Shown: positions 42,599 through 55,337, numbered from the whole stretch's first letter. The stretch: 61,040 bases of DNA, filler included, from Streblomastix strix (GCA_008636045.1; 3 parts of 3 records of this genome joined end to end with filler, not necessarily neighbours in it); one strand, 5' to 3'. Program-made: numbers and translations. The notes: generated from the letters alone by a model not told the origin.

Positions 42599-43015
42599 TC
42601 ATTCATTCACATAGTAATCAATGCAATTAACTAAACATTTGACACCACACTAGCCATATTTATTATATTTTGTTTAAAATTGCATTTATTCTACAGCTTC
42701 TTTTAATTCTCGGTATTTTACCCCGAAATCCCTGTTATCACATAAGACCTTCATTTGTTCGGTATATTCTTTAATTATATCGTCGATGTGCTCATTGTTT
42801 CTTTTTTCAATCATTATATAAACTGTTTATGGATATTTATCAGGTTATTTATCATATCGTTTTAACAACTTATAATATGGTTTATTATTTTTACTTAAAG
42901 ATCGTTGGTAAAAATCATCACCACATTGATAAATAGGTTCTACGTATATTTCTTTTGGAATATTTTAAGGATGAACCAACAATTTGCCTTTTAAAACAAT
43001 TTCAAGCTAATCCAT
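42599..43015 (-). CDS. Viral hypothetical protein
   Basis: Intact ATG-TGA frame with TAR=Gln; TAAAAATG start. Confidence 0.7.
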
Positions 43016-43065
43016 TTTTATAGATAATAAAAATAATAAAAAAATAAATAAGGATAAAATAATTT

Positions 43066-43746
43066 TCAAAAATCATTTTCTGTTATTTCCATCTCTGGTG
43101 CTTCGCTTAATCGAATGAAGTCGCAATTTACTCGATAAAGTTTTTCAATAGAATTATATAGCACATTATCCAACACTTTTACAGACACATTTTTTATTAA
43201 AATATCTTAAACTCTAATAAGGTCCTTTTTCTTAAATTTTTTAGGTATGCAAGTATGGGGTTATATAATTGCTTCTTCCAAAACTATTTCAACATCATTT
43301 TCATCATTCTAAGTGATAAGAGCCCAGAATTTTATAAAATTATCAGATGAAAAAACAAAATCATCTCCTCGTTATCTGTGGGTAATGGTGCGCCAGCACG
43401 TATCAATTACAAACTTTTATACTATGAGATTAGGATGTGATAGGTATATACTTTTTGGTTATTCTTCTGCTAGCTATTAAATTGCCTCTTCTGGTAATAC
43501 TTATGCGGTTGTTCTATCAACCTCTTTATACTTATTTATGTTATACTTTTTATGTGGTATGTTTTTATTCTAATTTTATTGTGCTGTTTCTTAGTCTGTT
43601 GGCATTGTTTTTATACGATTAATAGCCTCATCGATTAGTTATATTCTAATTTTATCCTCATCTGTAAGCTCTTTTTTCTTGATATCCGACATTTATTTTT
43701 TACTCTTCGACATTCTTACTTGATTTGTTTCAATGCCCTTTATCAT
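43066..43746 (-). CDS. Viral hypothetical protein
   Basis: Intact ATG-TGA frame with TAR=Gln; TAAAATG start. Confidence 0.7.
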
Positions 43747-43770
43747 TTTATTAATTTTTAAAATATTAAA

Positions 43771-44435
43771 ATGGAATTATCGCATGTCTTAAGAATTTGA
43801 TAGAAAATGGAACAAATATTGAATACTTTGATAAGGGTTATGTTGTATAGATTAACAAATAAATAAAGGTATATGAAGACGGCAAAAAGCAACTGCGAAA
43901 ATTGACATAAGCATAATAAAATAAGCTATTGCTATAAGCTCGTGGAGGGGGATAAATAAATAAAAAACCATCAAAATAAATAGTTTAAAAATAAGCTGAG
44001 GATGAAGAAGAAGATTTTATAAACTATGAATAATAGGAGGAAAGGCACCGAGATATACAATAAGATATGAATGAAAGCGAAGATGAAACAGTTAGCCAAA
44101 GCGAAAGACCCGAAAGGCCAATAAAACATTTCCGTGAGGCTAAACAACCACATAAAAAAGTTATAAAAGCATCAAAATAGCCATAAATCAACTATACTAA
44201 TCCATAACTAGATTTGGAAGAATTAATACGTTTAAGAACTGAAAATAATTTTATAAAGTAATAGCATTAAGACGCTATAAAACAAATAGAGAAATACAAG
44301 TAAAAAGTAAAACGTTATAAGCAACCAAAATAAGATATTGAAAAATAAGAAGCCTCGGAAATTTAACAGGAATAACCGCAACAGATTATTTAACACGAAC
44401 AACCACAATTTAGTGAATATGATTTATATAATTGA
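43771..44435 (+). pseudogene. Viral charged coiled-coil protein, frameshifted
   Basis: Coding-like segments in different frames, ending ...SEYDLYN*. Confidence 0.5.
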
Positions 44436-44462
44436 TAATTTTATTTTTTACTAATTATAAAA

Positions 44463-44750
44463 ATGAATATTAATATTATCGATATAGATGAATAGGGTAA
44501 AATATGTGCTATTGGTAATATTCCATGGAATAATCTACATAAATTTTAGTTATCAAATAATTAACTACTTTTAACAATGAACCAAATAAATGATTACTAA
44601 GAAAAAATAAAAACAATTAACGGCGATGAACTTTTTAATTATATTAGTGAAATGCGGGTGCTTAGTGAAAAGTAAAATAAATTACGTAATGAATATGTAA
44701 AACAAGAAAAATAACGCTATCGTTAATAGCTAAAAGAAATGGATGATTGA
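44463..44750 (+). CDS. Viral hypothetical protein (95 aa)
   Basis: Intact frame MNINIIDIDEQGKICAIGNIPW... Confidence 0.65.
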
Positions 44751-45061
44751 CTTTTTGGCGGATTGTCGGCTCGACTGGCTTTTTTTATGACAATTTTTTA
44801 CTCGGAACAGACCAAGACATTTTTGATAAAAAACCTGGAACACCTGGAACGGTCCGTGGCTATGGCATTTTTTGTTAAATCTCCATGCTAAAATTATTAT
44901 ATAAATTATGTGTATCCATTATTTGCTATTATATATTATTATAAATTCATGTGGGGGTTTATTGGAGATATTTTTTTAAAAAGCTTTTTTTAACCGTTAT
45001 TTATTTATTTTAATTATTTTATATAAGGGTGTTTATATAGGTTATTTATTTTGCACATTAA

Positions 45062-45310
45062 AGTAGTATATGATGGTTATTTATGCAATAACTTCAAAAG
45101 GTATTAGAATTTATAAAAAACCACGCAAGTTCTTTTTTTTGATTGATGGACTAACAAATACAATAATATTTTTGAACAAAGGCGTTAGCCAGCTGTGAGA
45201 AAATTTTATAAATTTGAAGGCCAAAAATCTTAAAAAATGAAGGAGTGGAGATTTTTTATAAAACTGATGCTTTTTTGAAGTTGGGGCATAAATCACCATT
45301 ATATACTACT
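45062..45310. repeat. Inverted-repeat unit A with Polinton-type AGTAGT...ACTACT ends, flanked by an ATTAA direct repeat
   Basis: Arms match at 33 of the first 38 nt; ATTAA at 45057-45061 and 45311-45315. Confidence 0.85.
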
Positions 45311-45316
45311 ATTAAG

Positions 45317-45524
45317 AGTTGTATATAGGAGTGAAGTTCGCCCCAACCCAAAATACATTTTATTTATCTTAATAGCCCCCAATGAAATAAGCTCGTTTCA
45401 TAAATCACGAATTCGGTTTGCTTTCGCATCCTCATTCGTATTTATTCACTCCCTATTTTATTGCGAGATTATAAAAAATCAAATGTATTTTAAGTTGGTG
45501 CAAACTTCACTCCTATATACTACT
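45317..45524. repeat. Inverted-repeat unit B with AGTTGT/AGTAGT ends, homologous to unit A arms
   Basis: Arms match at 35 of the first 40 nt (AGTWGTATATAGGAGTGAAGTT...). Confidence 0.85.
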
Positions 45525-45981
45525 ACAACATTACTGGCTCCTTATATATTGAAATTAAAAAAATAAAAAAATAAAAAAAATTTTAGTGTTATTTATAAAT
45601 GTATAACATTTGAGTTTCAAATTAAATCAAATCATAAATAAATGTAAATTAAATAAAATAAAATGAGATTAAAGTTTCAACCAAACGAAAATCAAAAAAA
45701 TAAAATGCAAAAAATTTATATTCTTGTTGGGACGAACTAGTTAAAAAATTGTTTTGAATTTATTTTAATTTGATGAATAATAATATTATTAAATGTAATT
45801 TGTATTTTGGCCCAAAAATAACATACGTACAAATTTTAAAAACCAAAAGCAACAAAAAGCCTCGCAAGCCAATTGTGACTTGCAGCACCTAACACCTTCT
45901 TTTTTGGCTGCCGGGCGGACTTTGCCACTGTTTTTTTAAATTTTTGCAAGAACAGTCGTCCCCTTGCTCGTAAAAAAAATT

Positions 45982-46087
45982 AAAACAAACAGTTAATTTT
46001 TACGGACGAAAGGACGTGAGCGGGGGAAGACGAACCTAGACACTCGACTGGGACAGTGGGGGAGCCAAACCCACTGAGCCGCTACGG
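45982..46087 (-). ncRNA. Candidate Pol III-type structured small RNA
   Basis: GC-rich island with A-box-like GGCTCAGTGG, B-box-like GGTTCGTCTTCC, internal stems and downstream T-runs. Confidence 0.3.
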
Positions 46088-46139
46088 ACAATATTAATAT
46101 TTATTCATTTAATATTAAAATAATTTATGGAAATATAAA

Positions 46140-47332
46140 ATGAGTAATAAAAATAAACCAATTAACGAGGTAATCGATAATTTAAGTTTTAAACCAGATA
46201 AAATAAAACTGAAGGATTTTATTAGAAATATCAATAATTATTTTAATTAATAATTTACATTAAATAATTTAGAATAGATATTTTAAAATAAAAACAATTT
46301 CGCAGTGGTATAAAATTTATTTAGATAATTATTTAACATATCGCGCGGAAAGAATTAAATAAAACGTTAAACCAAAAATAATAAAATAACCGCAGGCGGA
46401 GGTCGGAAGACCGACTTAAATAGAGTAACCAAAAATATAAAATCCATTTCGTAGCAACGCAAAAGATAACCCTGAAATATTCCAAGATATTAAATTAAAA
46501 CCACTAAAGAAATACCAACGGCCTAATTATTCGCCTCTGTTGGGCAGCTGGGAGATTGATATAATATTTATAATGCACCCCACCATATATAAAGTAATGT
46601 AGCACTATTTTTTTGCCATAAATATAAAAACAAAATTTTTAATTGTTTATCCAATCAAGGATAAATCCACAAATGAATTATTAAAATGTTTAAAATAATT
46701 AATAAATAATTAATCGATTTAAAACATCCGTTCTGATGGTGAAGCCGCACTTGGCAGCAAATAAATAAAGGAACATTTGAAAGATTAAAATATTACATAT
46801 TATTACCTCATCATAATTTATCAATAAAAATCGAGTTGTGGATTCCGTTGTTCGGACTATCAGAAATGCATTCGAAAATGATGACCCACTGATGGCTAAT
46901 AATAAATAAATGCAGTAAGTCGTTGATGAATACAATAACACCAAGCACTCAGCATTTAAGAATAAATTTACGCCTGCATAAGTAAATGAATCAGAAGATT
47001 TAAAAGGCATATATATCCGTTAGAAAATAAACCAAGCTGCCAACATAAAAGAGTTATAAAATATGGATAATATATTATACTTAGTGAAAGGAAATATAAT
47101 AATGATTCATTTAGACCTATCAAAAACGGCTCATAATTTCGAAAAGAAACGAAGGCAATTTAACGAAATAGCAATATTTATAAAATATAGTTATGGAAAC
47201 GTCATTTGTGAATTATTGAAGCCCTACAAAGACATTAAAACGGTTGAGGTTCCAATTTATTATACTAGGAAAATTGCCCCGTCAATTGATAAGCTATAAT
47301 AGAAATACAAACGAACTTTTAAGTTAGTTTGA
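46140..47332 (+). pseudogene. Polinton-type retroviral-like (rve) integrase with at least 2 frameshifts
   Basis: SWEIDIIF...YFFAINIKTKFL...NIRSDGEAAL...NKNRVVDSVVRTIRN...YNNTKHSAFKNKFTPAQV; frame changes near 46480 and 46803. Confidence 0.85.
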
Positions 47333-47362
47333 TTTGTTTTTAATATTTTTATTTATTAATAA

Positions 47363-47786
47363 ATGGAAAATAAAGAAATTAAAGAATAAAAAAAAGCCGC
47401 GCAAAAAGTATATTATAAAAGTGAAGCCATAAGTGGAGCCATAAGTGGAGCCATGAATGGAGCCATAAGTGGAGCCAGAAATAGAGCCAGTCCCATAGGG
47501 ACCGTCTAAAGACTAAGTGGAGCCTAAAATTGAAGCTCCAAAATAAGGAAGGCCTCGAAAATATCAAACAGAAGAAGAGGCTAAAGAAAAGGCAAGAGTT
47601 TAAAGGAAAAAATTTAAATAGAGGCTGAGAGAAAAATAGAAAGTATTTAAATCAGACATTTCTGAGTTATAATTAACGGCCTAAAAGTTATTAAATAAGG
47701 CTGTTTTATCAAAGGAGGGTTTAATTAAAATACTTGAAATAATCGAAGGGGGCCCAAAGGAACAGACTGACGATATTTCTAATTGA
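47363..47786 (+). pseudogene. AT-hook DNA-binding protein with (VEPQ)n repeat, disrupted
   Basis: GRPRKYQTEEEAKEKARVQRKKFK; 12-bp repeats at 47421-47490; slip in the A-run near 47390; TGA at 47454. Confidence 0.65.
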
Positions 47787-47787
47787 T

Positions 47788-48630
47788 TTCATTTCTTCTT
47801 ATTTTTCTTACCATATTTTTTTAATTTATCTTATGCAGTTACTGTTTACATTAATTTACTTGTTTTAATTTAATTCTTTCTTTATTTTGGTCGGTTATAT
47901 CTGAATTCCTTATCTAAATTTTATTTTTGAACTCTTAACGAGGGTATCCCGCCATCGTTAATATAATATGCGGCTTTCATTTCTGGATAATTATTATTAT
48001 TATATAATGCATTAACTTAACCCTTTCCCCAGTCAGTTGCTCCTGTTTGATATCCTAAATTAGTCACTGCGTCGGCATTAACCAATTTTAAAATTTGACC
48101 TTAACGTTATTTATTTTGTTCTGTTTGCATTAAGTTTTATACTAAAGTTCCTTAAGGCTAGGCATCACTAAATTAATCTACTGGGATGGAGAAAGCGTCA
48201 GATTATAGGCCTCATTAATAAATATTATCTTTTTCTTTTATTTTTTCCTTTTCTCTTAGGCTTTCTTTTATTTATAAAGGCTAAGGTAGGCACATATTTG
48301 CTAAGTTATTTAAAGGTTCATTTATACGTGCATTAATATTATCAGCATAAGTTACGCGGTTGTCAGGGGCTCCTTCTTATATAACTCTATTAGACTCACG
48401 AACTGATTATAATAACATTTAAGCCATGGGGTTCATTTATTGATCTGTTTATGTAGATACGGGCTGCGGAGTATTATTATTTATAATCCCTCAACTTCTA
48501 CCCCATTTGGTGTTCTAATTAATCCGCTACGATTTTCATGGTATCTGATATTTTGCGAACCTTACGACCTTCCTCTTTTAGACATGTTAGATATTTTAAT
48601 AGATTTTAAAAATTTTTTAATCATTTCCAT
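47788..48630 (-). pseudogene. Viral hypothetical protein, frameshifted
   Basis: Coding-like segments in several frames (MSKRGRSQGSQNIRY...; GATDWGKG...MAGYPR). Confidence 0.5.
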
Positions 48631-48673
48631 AAATGGAATGAATAAACTTTTTTTTATTTTTATCTTTAATTAA

Positions 48674-48988
48674 ATGATTAAAATATCATGTGAGGAATTA
48701 ATGGTATATAGTTCATTCTTAAGTTCTCTGGTTTCTTTGGCTATGAAATCAGACCCATAAATTGAACTGCGTTTTTTATTGAGATAATTTAATAAGCGCC
48801 TGAAGATGGAAGAAATAAAATATATCATATCGATAGCCTAAGAAAATAGCTAAGATATAATTTTAAAATTAATGGAATTATTTAATGAAAGAAGTAAAAG
48901 AGAAATGGGCTTCGTAACCGAAGAGTTGAGCGAAGCGAAAGACGACCGTCATAAATTAATGAAATACATTAATAGAAAACAATAATGA
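48674..48988 (+). CDS. Viral hypothetical protein (104 aa)
   Basis: Intact ATG-TGA frame; TAAATG start. Confidence 0.7.
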
Positions 48989-49012
48989 TTTTATTAATTT
49001 ATTTTTATATAA

Positions 49013-50497
49013 ATGTCGAACATTGGCTTATAAATTACTAGCTCTGATTCAGATGAGGACTTCGTATCATGGAAGACCACCATACCCTCGGGCTACAATT
49101 CCTTTTAAGTGAATAGCATAACTAATATACCTATAAATTTAACCTATTATTTGAACAGTGAATATATAGAAATATAGCATAATATTATTTCGACTCCCAA
49201 TAGAAAAATATACTATTAAAAAGATAACGGAAATAATATTTTTACATTATAAGCATTAACAGAGTTGCCACCTATCAGAGTGAATTTAAATACGGCAATA
49301 AATAACTAATATGTTGATAACTAAGATAATTGAGGATATAAATTTGTTCCGTAATTGCTTGCTCTTTAAGTTCCAAGTTTTACTAATTTCATTGATTGAT
49401 AAGAAAAAGATTTTAAAGTATAATCAACAATTAATAGGGGCGCTATCTGCATCAATAATTCCCAGAATGAGCATACATAAAATTTATAAAATAACCAATT
49501 TTTATTAAATACAAATTACGGGTAGGATATAGTAAGTTCAGCGATAAATTATATAAATTTAAGAATTGACGCGTTCCTTTATCATTATTGGATAATGGAT
49601 TATAGTACTGGCATCGTTTATAGAGCTATTGGTTTAATTCGTTTATATTGCCCAACTTCAAATAATTTTATAACTTCAGTTGAAACCCGAGCACCAAATG
49701 CATTATCAGTTCGTTATTTATTCGGCAAGCGCATAAATATTAGTTCAGCAGGGGTAATTACAACGTCAGGCGATTAACTAATTGATGTTTAATAATAGAC
49801 CATGCAGCAAATAATCAATAATATAAATACTTTTCCCGTGAGAGTAATATGCTCTTTGCCAGCACTCACTACCTATGAATGGACGGGTATTTATGCAGCG
49901 GTTGGAAGAGCTGGCTTTTAAGGTTAATTCATTGTTGAAGTTATTGGTGAGTATGCCGCAGTTGAGCATATTAAGCCCACACAAGGTGGGGACTCCGCGT
50001 GGTATACTAAAAAAGTTATTTTATCTCCAAATATATAGTATTAATTAGCAGGAAGTTTAGATTTATACGATGGCTTAAATGAGAATGGATTAAATTAATT
50101 ATCAAATTTTTCATCAGCTATAAAATAGATTGATTTAGAGACATGGTTTTATAAGACTAAATTTACATCTAATAGTTTGATTCCTGATTTACCGATATTT
50201 TGCCCATTCATTGGTAATTTTATCGAATATCCGCAGATATTTATTATATGCGTAAATAATTAATTAAAGGGTATAATGATGGAGACAGTCGGAGGCAATG
50301 GGTTTAGTAATGTATGCTTCAAATAGAATTTGATTGATGCGTCTGTTTTATGGGGTTAGAACATGATGTATTAAGAATGTTTAATCGGTTAAAATAAAGC
50401 AATTATATCTACTTTATATGATAACTTTGGTCGTAAGGTACCGACATAATTCGGCGAAATGTATAATAATTTACTTTTAGAAATTTAAAATTAGTGA
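49013..50497 (+). pseudogene. Putative minor capsid (penton-like) protein with large insertion, disrupted
   Basis: Beta-rich; N-terminal ITSSDS...IPSGYNSFQVNSI; C-terminal YPQIFIIC...LYDNFGRKVP...LLLEI; TGAs at 49331 and 49397; frameshift near 49920. Confidence 0.6.
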
Positions 50498-50914
50498 AAT
50501 AAATTATTTTTATCTATCATAAATGGACAAATTAAATAAAAAAAATCGATTACTATTAAACAAAAGCAATAGAATACGCATTTTGTATCAAAAGGATAAA
50601 CTAATATAAAGATTAAATAATTCATCCCCAAAAATATTCAAAATAAACTAAAGGCTGTTGGTTTAATAATTATACGGTAGAGATTCCCATTAATGAAATT
50701 ATTGATGAGGCATGAAATTAAATATAATTATATAAAAACGACTAGACAAAAATAAAGAAATTATTGATATTTTATATGATGCTTATCCCGAATTGAAAAA
50801 TGAATTTGATATAATTAACTAAGAATTTGAAATAAATAATTGATTTAATTTATATTTATTTTATCCTAACTAAATTTATTTATATATTTTTTATTTTTTT
50901 AATTTATAATAAAT

Positions 50915-53900
50915 ATGCCATACTTAAAGAAAAGTGAAATCATCAAATTATTAGGTTCAAATGAAAAAAGCAAATTAAAAAGAAATGAACTAAAAAAATA
51001 ACTTGATTAAAAACTAAACGAATTAAATTTCCCCAAACGTGGAAGGAATAATTTTAATGCACTAAATAAATTCATTGATGCCCAAAATAAACGAATTGAA
51101 CAGGAGCAAGAAATTCAAAGGTATTTTTTAAATGAGACTAAATAATTTACTATGCCCCCCGATTTTTAAGATACAAAAAATGCTTTCAAATTACCTCAGC
51201 ATTATATTGACATGATATAAAATGAAGAGATTAACGATAAAATTAATAAATATGGTAGTGAATAAGTCAATGAAATACAAAATGATTACTCTGATACTTT
51301 GCTTTATTTTCAACCTGCAGATATGGATAAATTTATTGAAACAACTGATAGAGCACGACATGGGTATCAGTTTAAGAAAGACATACAGGGAGAGATAAGC
51401 AGCACATACTATAATAATTTGATTTATTCATTAGACGAGATAAGTAAATTTATTGACTCGGTATATTAAAAACAGAATCATAAACCATTTAAAACTACAT
51501 TTGATTTTGGCGTTGTTTATGAGGAGCAAAACACAGACAAGCATGGCCATCTTTCAACGTCATACGATTATATTTTACCCTGAGAAGCCAGAACTTAGAA
51601 GCAAATCCCCAAATCGATAGTCACTGAGTAAGACATCGAAGAATATAAAGAGTATGTTAAATCAGAAATAATAGAGATGCAGAACTTTAATTTGGATAAC
51701 ACAAAATAGCGGTTCATAGCCATTTATTCGATGATGGTTAAAACGTTTGCCCTTTCTTAGTTTCGCGTCGGCAGCAGCAGGATGAACTGATAGACTTTCA
51801 TCTTCTGGTTCATAGGAATTGTTTGAGAACAACAAAATACAAATATAATTTATGCTGGTTCTATGCTTATAATTTATTTAAATATCATGATGCTCCAGAG
51901 AAAAAAACCAGTGAACACTCACGCGAGCACATGGAAAAGGAGCACAAGATGAAATATTATGAGGTGCATGAAAAATAATTTTAATCATGGATACAAGAAT
52001 ATAAAGGATTCAATATTGATTCAGAGATTGACATGTTCATTTAAGACGAGAAAATTAATATAAATATTTATGATTATGATACAGAGCAAAAAATATATTA
52101 TTAATCAAAAGCATATAAATTTAACGAAGAAGCCACGGATGAATCCAGTGATGAATCAATAAACGAACCCGTCAGCGCTCCCGAATTTAACGTATTAATA
52201 TGTTCCACAGAAAATAATGAAACACATGCCTTTTATATCTAGAATAAAGAAACATTAACAGGATTAAGATTTTGCCCTTTCTGTAAATCAAAAGCATTCA
52301 ACCCTAAAGAGCCTCATTTCGTAGATCAAAATGAGAAGCACATTAAGAAATGCGAAATTAACGAAGGAAAAATAATAAAGGAGGTTAAAATGGAGGCTGT
52401 TTAAAGGCCTTTTATCCCTCGTGTAAATCAGAACAAAACATACTAATTCCTTTTGGCGACTGGTAGAGAAAATGAATTTAAACCCACGAACTACTATATT
52501 ACTTATGATTTTGAAACTGTTGAGAAAGTAATCAATAAAGATTTTGGTAAATCAAGCAAATAGATTTCATAATAGGTTCTTCTTTCTGTAGCCTCGACAA
52601 TTAAAAGTAAATAAGATATAAAAACAGTTTATTTTGACTTACGAATTGGAGACGATTTTATAAATTAATAACTCTAATAAATATTCAAAAAAGCGGAATA
52701 AATATAGGAAGATAATAAATATATAGACGAATTCATCAATGATTTAGCCAACAATGAAGTTCAAATCGTTGGATTCAATAGCACAAAGTTCGATTTTGCA
52801 TTAATATTTAAAAATCTATAATCGTTAGCCTGGGAAATTAAAAGCAATATTGGCAGTTCATCATAAGCCAAATCCATCATTGTTTAACATAAGCATTCAT
52901 AAATCAAGTTGAAATTCTGTGATATTATGAGCTATGTTCAAGCGATGACTTTAAAGGATTTTACAAAAAATTTTGGAGAGGAAGCCATGAAATAAATGCA
53001 GGATATTACGAAAGAATGTTTAAAGCTACACGAAAAGGGTGTATTTCCATATGAATATATTAACACTGATAATTTAATAATGTTTTTGATAATATTGAGC
53101 CATTCCCTCAAGAGGCTTTCAATTCAACACTAAAGAACTCATCAATGAATGACGACGAATATAAAAATTATTTAGAGGACGCAAAAGAATTTAAAAATCG
53201 TTGGGAATATTTGCAGTATTATAATGAACAGGATACAAAAATAATGATAGCCCAAATAGACAATTTAATTTGAATGAATTTCAAATATAAAATTGATATA
53301 TTTAGTTTTATTTCCATGGCTGCATGTGCAAACGCCACCAAATAGGCATTTTGAAATAAGGATTTTGTGCTTGGCTTCGCTGTAAATGCAAATTATCCCC
53401 TCACTATTGATAACTCCTATAAGTTCGTTTTATATCCTTCAAATTGGAAATATTAAGTAGATGGTTACAGATTCCAAGATTTGAATAAACGTAGAGACCA
53501 AACAAGTGACATATCAGTTAATGACTATGAATATTTTAGGCATTTATTCGATTCCTCTGTTTGTGCCATTTTCGGTGATAAATTTACAATGATGAACCGC
53601 CCAACACTCGATCGAATAAATAATGATTTAACGCATACAAAAGATAATGTATAACCCTGCTGCTTATATTGCAATAAATACTGTTCAAATAAAGATAAAA
53701 ATATTAGTCGATTATTTATTTAACTTCGCAGGTTTTGCATGATGCATTGTCTCCCTACAAATATAACCAATATCGACGATTATAAACTGATTCGTAATGG
53801 AATAACTGGCGGCTTATCTAATGTAATGCATAGGGAAAATATAGCGGGTAAAGATTTTATAAAAAAATTCAAGTATGATCCAGTGAATAAGAAAGTTCAT

Positions 53901-55315
53901 GTTCAAACATCAAGTAATATAATTTCTCATATCATCTGCGTTGATTTCAATTCCTTATATCCAAGCATTATGTCAACAAAGCCGCATAAATTTATTCCTT
54001 ACACCAATGACAAAATGTATATGGTAGGAAGCATATTGGGAAAAACGGATGATAAACAAAAGATAATGAATATAATTAATAATAAAAATAGATTCACTCC
54101 ACAGGATCAATTATTTATAGCTGAGTTAAAGGGACACATCGACGAAAAATATATTAATGATTTTATTAATTTCCTACTTATTTTATGAAACTATACATTT
54201 ACCATTAATGAGGATACCATTGGATGCTACATGTATAATCATATGAAAAATATCAATATTAAAACAGACAAAAAATAAAGAAAATTAACAAATCTTTTAT
54301 CAACGATGGGTGAGTTCATGTCCTTAAACTCATACTATTTATGATTCTTGATTGATGACTGCCATTTTATTATTGATGATGTAAAACAATTAATTTTACT
54401 TAATAAACATGATGAATTTAATCCGTTCGTCAAGGAATTTATAGGCAAGAGAATATAAACTAAAATAGAAGGAAATAAAGGATTTGAATAATTCTGTAAA
54501 AATATCATGAATTCATCATATAGATCCGATGGAATGAACGCCGAGAAATTTACAGAAATAAAAGTCATGGATAAGAAGGGAGCATTAAAGGCCCATTTAT
54601 CAAATACTTTTATGGATGAACAATAATTATCTGATAATGCATACGCGGTATAATTAAACCCTGAGACCTGCACATGTAAGACATCTATTTAAGAAGCCTA
54701 TTTTGTGTTTGATAATGCCAAATATTGGTATCTTAATTTTATATATAATTTTATGCATAAAGCTCTTGACATGGAAAAAATGTACCTCGTAGAAGGCGAT
54801 ACTGATTCGACTTATTGGGCTGTATCAGGAAACGCTGACGCAGGCCATTTATAATAATTTAACTACGTAATTAAAGATAAATAATTTATGATGATAATGC
54901 AAAATATTTCTTTCCAACAATTGAAGGGGAGCCGAAGGCAGACCACATCGCGGCCATGTTAGACGAGAAAAAAATACTTGGTTTAGCTCCTGAAAATTAA
55001 GGAACAGAAATAGTAACATTAGCCCCTAAAAATTATTATATAAAAGTTGGTGAAAAGGAAAAGATAAAATTATAGGGCGTCAATTAGAAGACAACAAAAA
55101 TAAACAAATAAAACATTGTGGATAATATCAGAGATAGAACGATAACAAAAGCTACTAATATGAGACTAGGGCAGAAGAATTATATTACGTCAAAAATAGC
55201 TACAGAAAAAAATGGAATTACTGGCATACATACAAAAATGGTAGTATTAAAAGATTAGAGCTGTTGCCCATACATCCACGGGTTGAAAGCTAATGATTAC
55301 GTTATTGATTGTTGA
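50915..55315 (+). pseudogene. Protein-primed family B DNA polymerase with N-terminal extension, Zn finger and HNH/EndoVII-like insert
   Basis: ExoI YITYDFET, ExoII GFNSTKFD, KGVFPYEY, ExoIII YNEQDT, motif A VDFNSLYPSIM, motif B KNIMNSSY, motif C EGDTDS, LAPKNY; several TGAs and frameshifts. Confidence 0.93.
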
Positions 55316-55337
55316 ATAAAAATAAATTTATTATTTT

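Noticed and set aside
46016..46085. Canonical tRNA gene or hammerhead ribozyme
   Set aside because: No proper cloverleaf or anticodon arm and no CTGANGA core; retained only as a Pol III-like candidate
12410..54344. TGA reassigned to Trp (all three stops recoded)
   Set aside because: Long host exons that I read lack in-frame TGA and end at TGA. Internal TGAs cluster in viral ORFs that also have frameshifts, and at 47454 the ancestor is evidently TAA.
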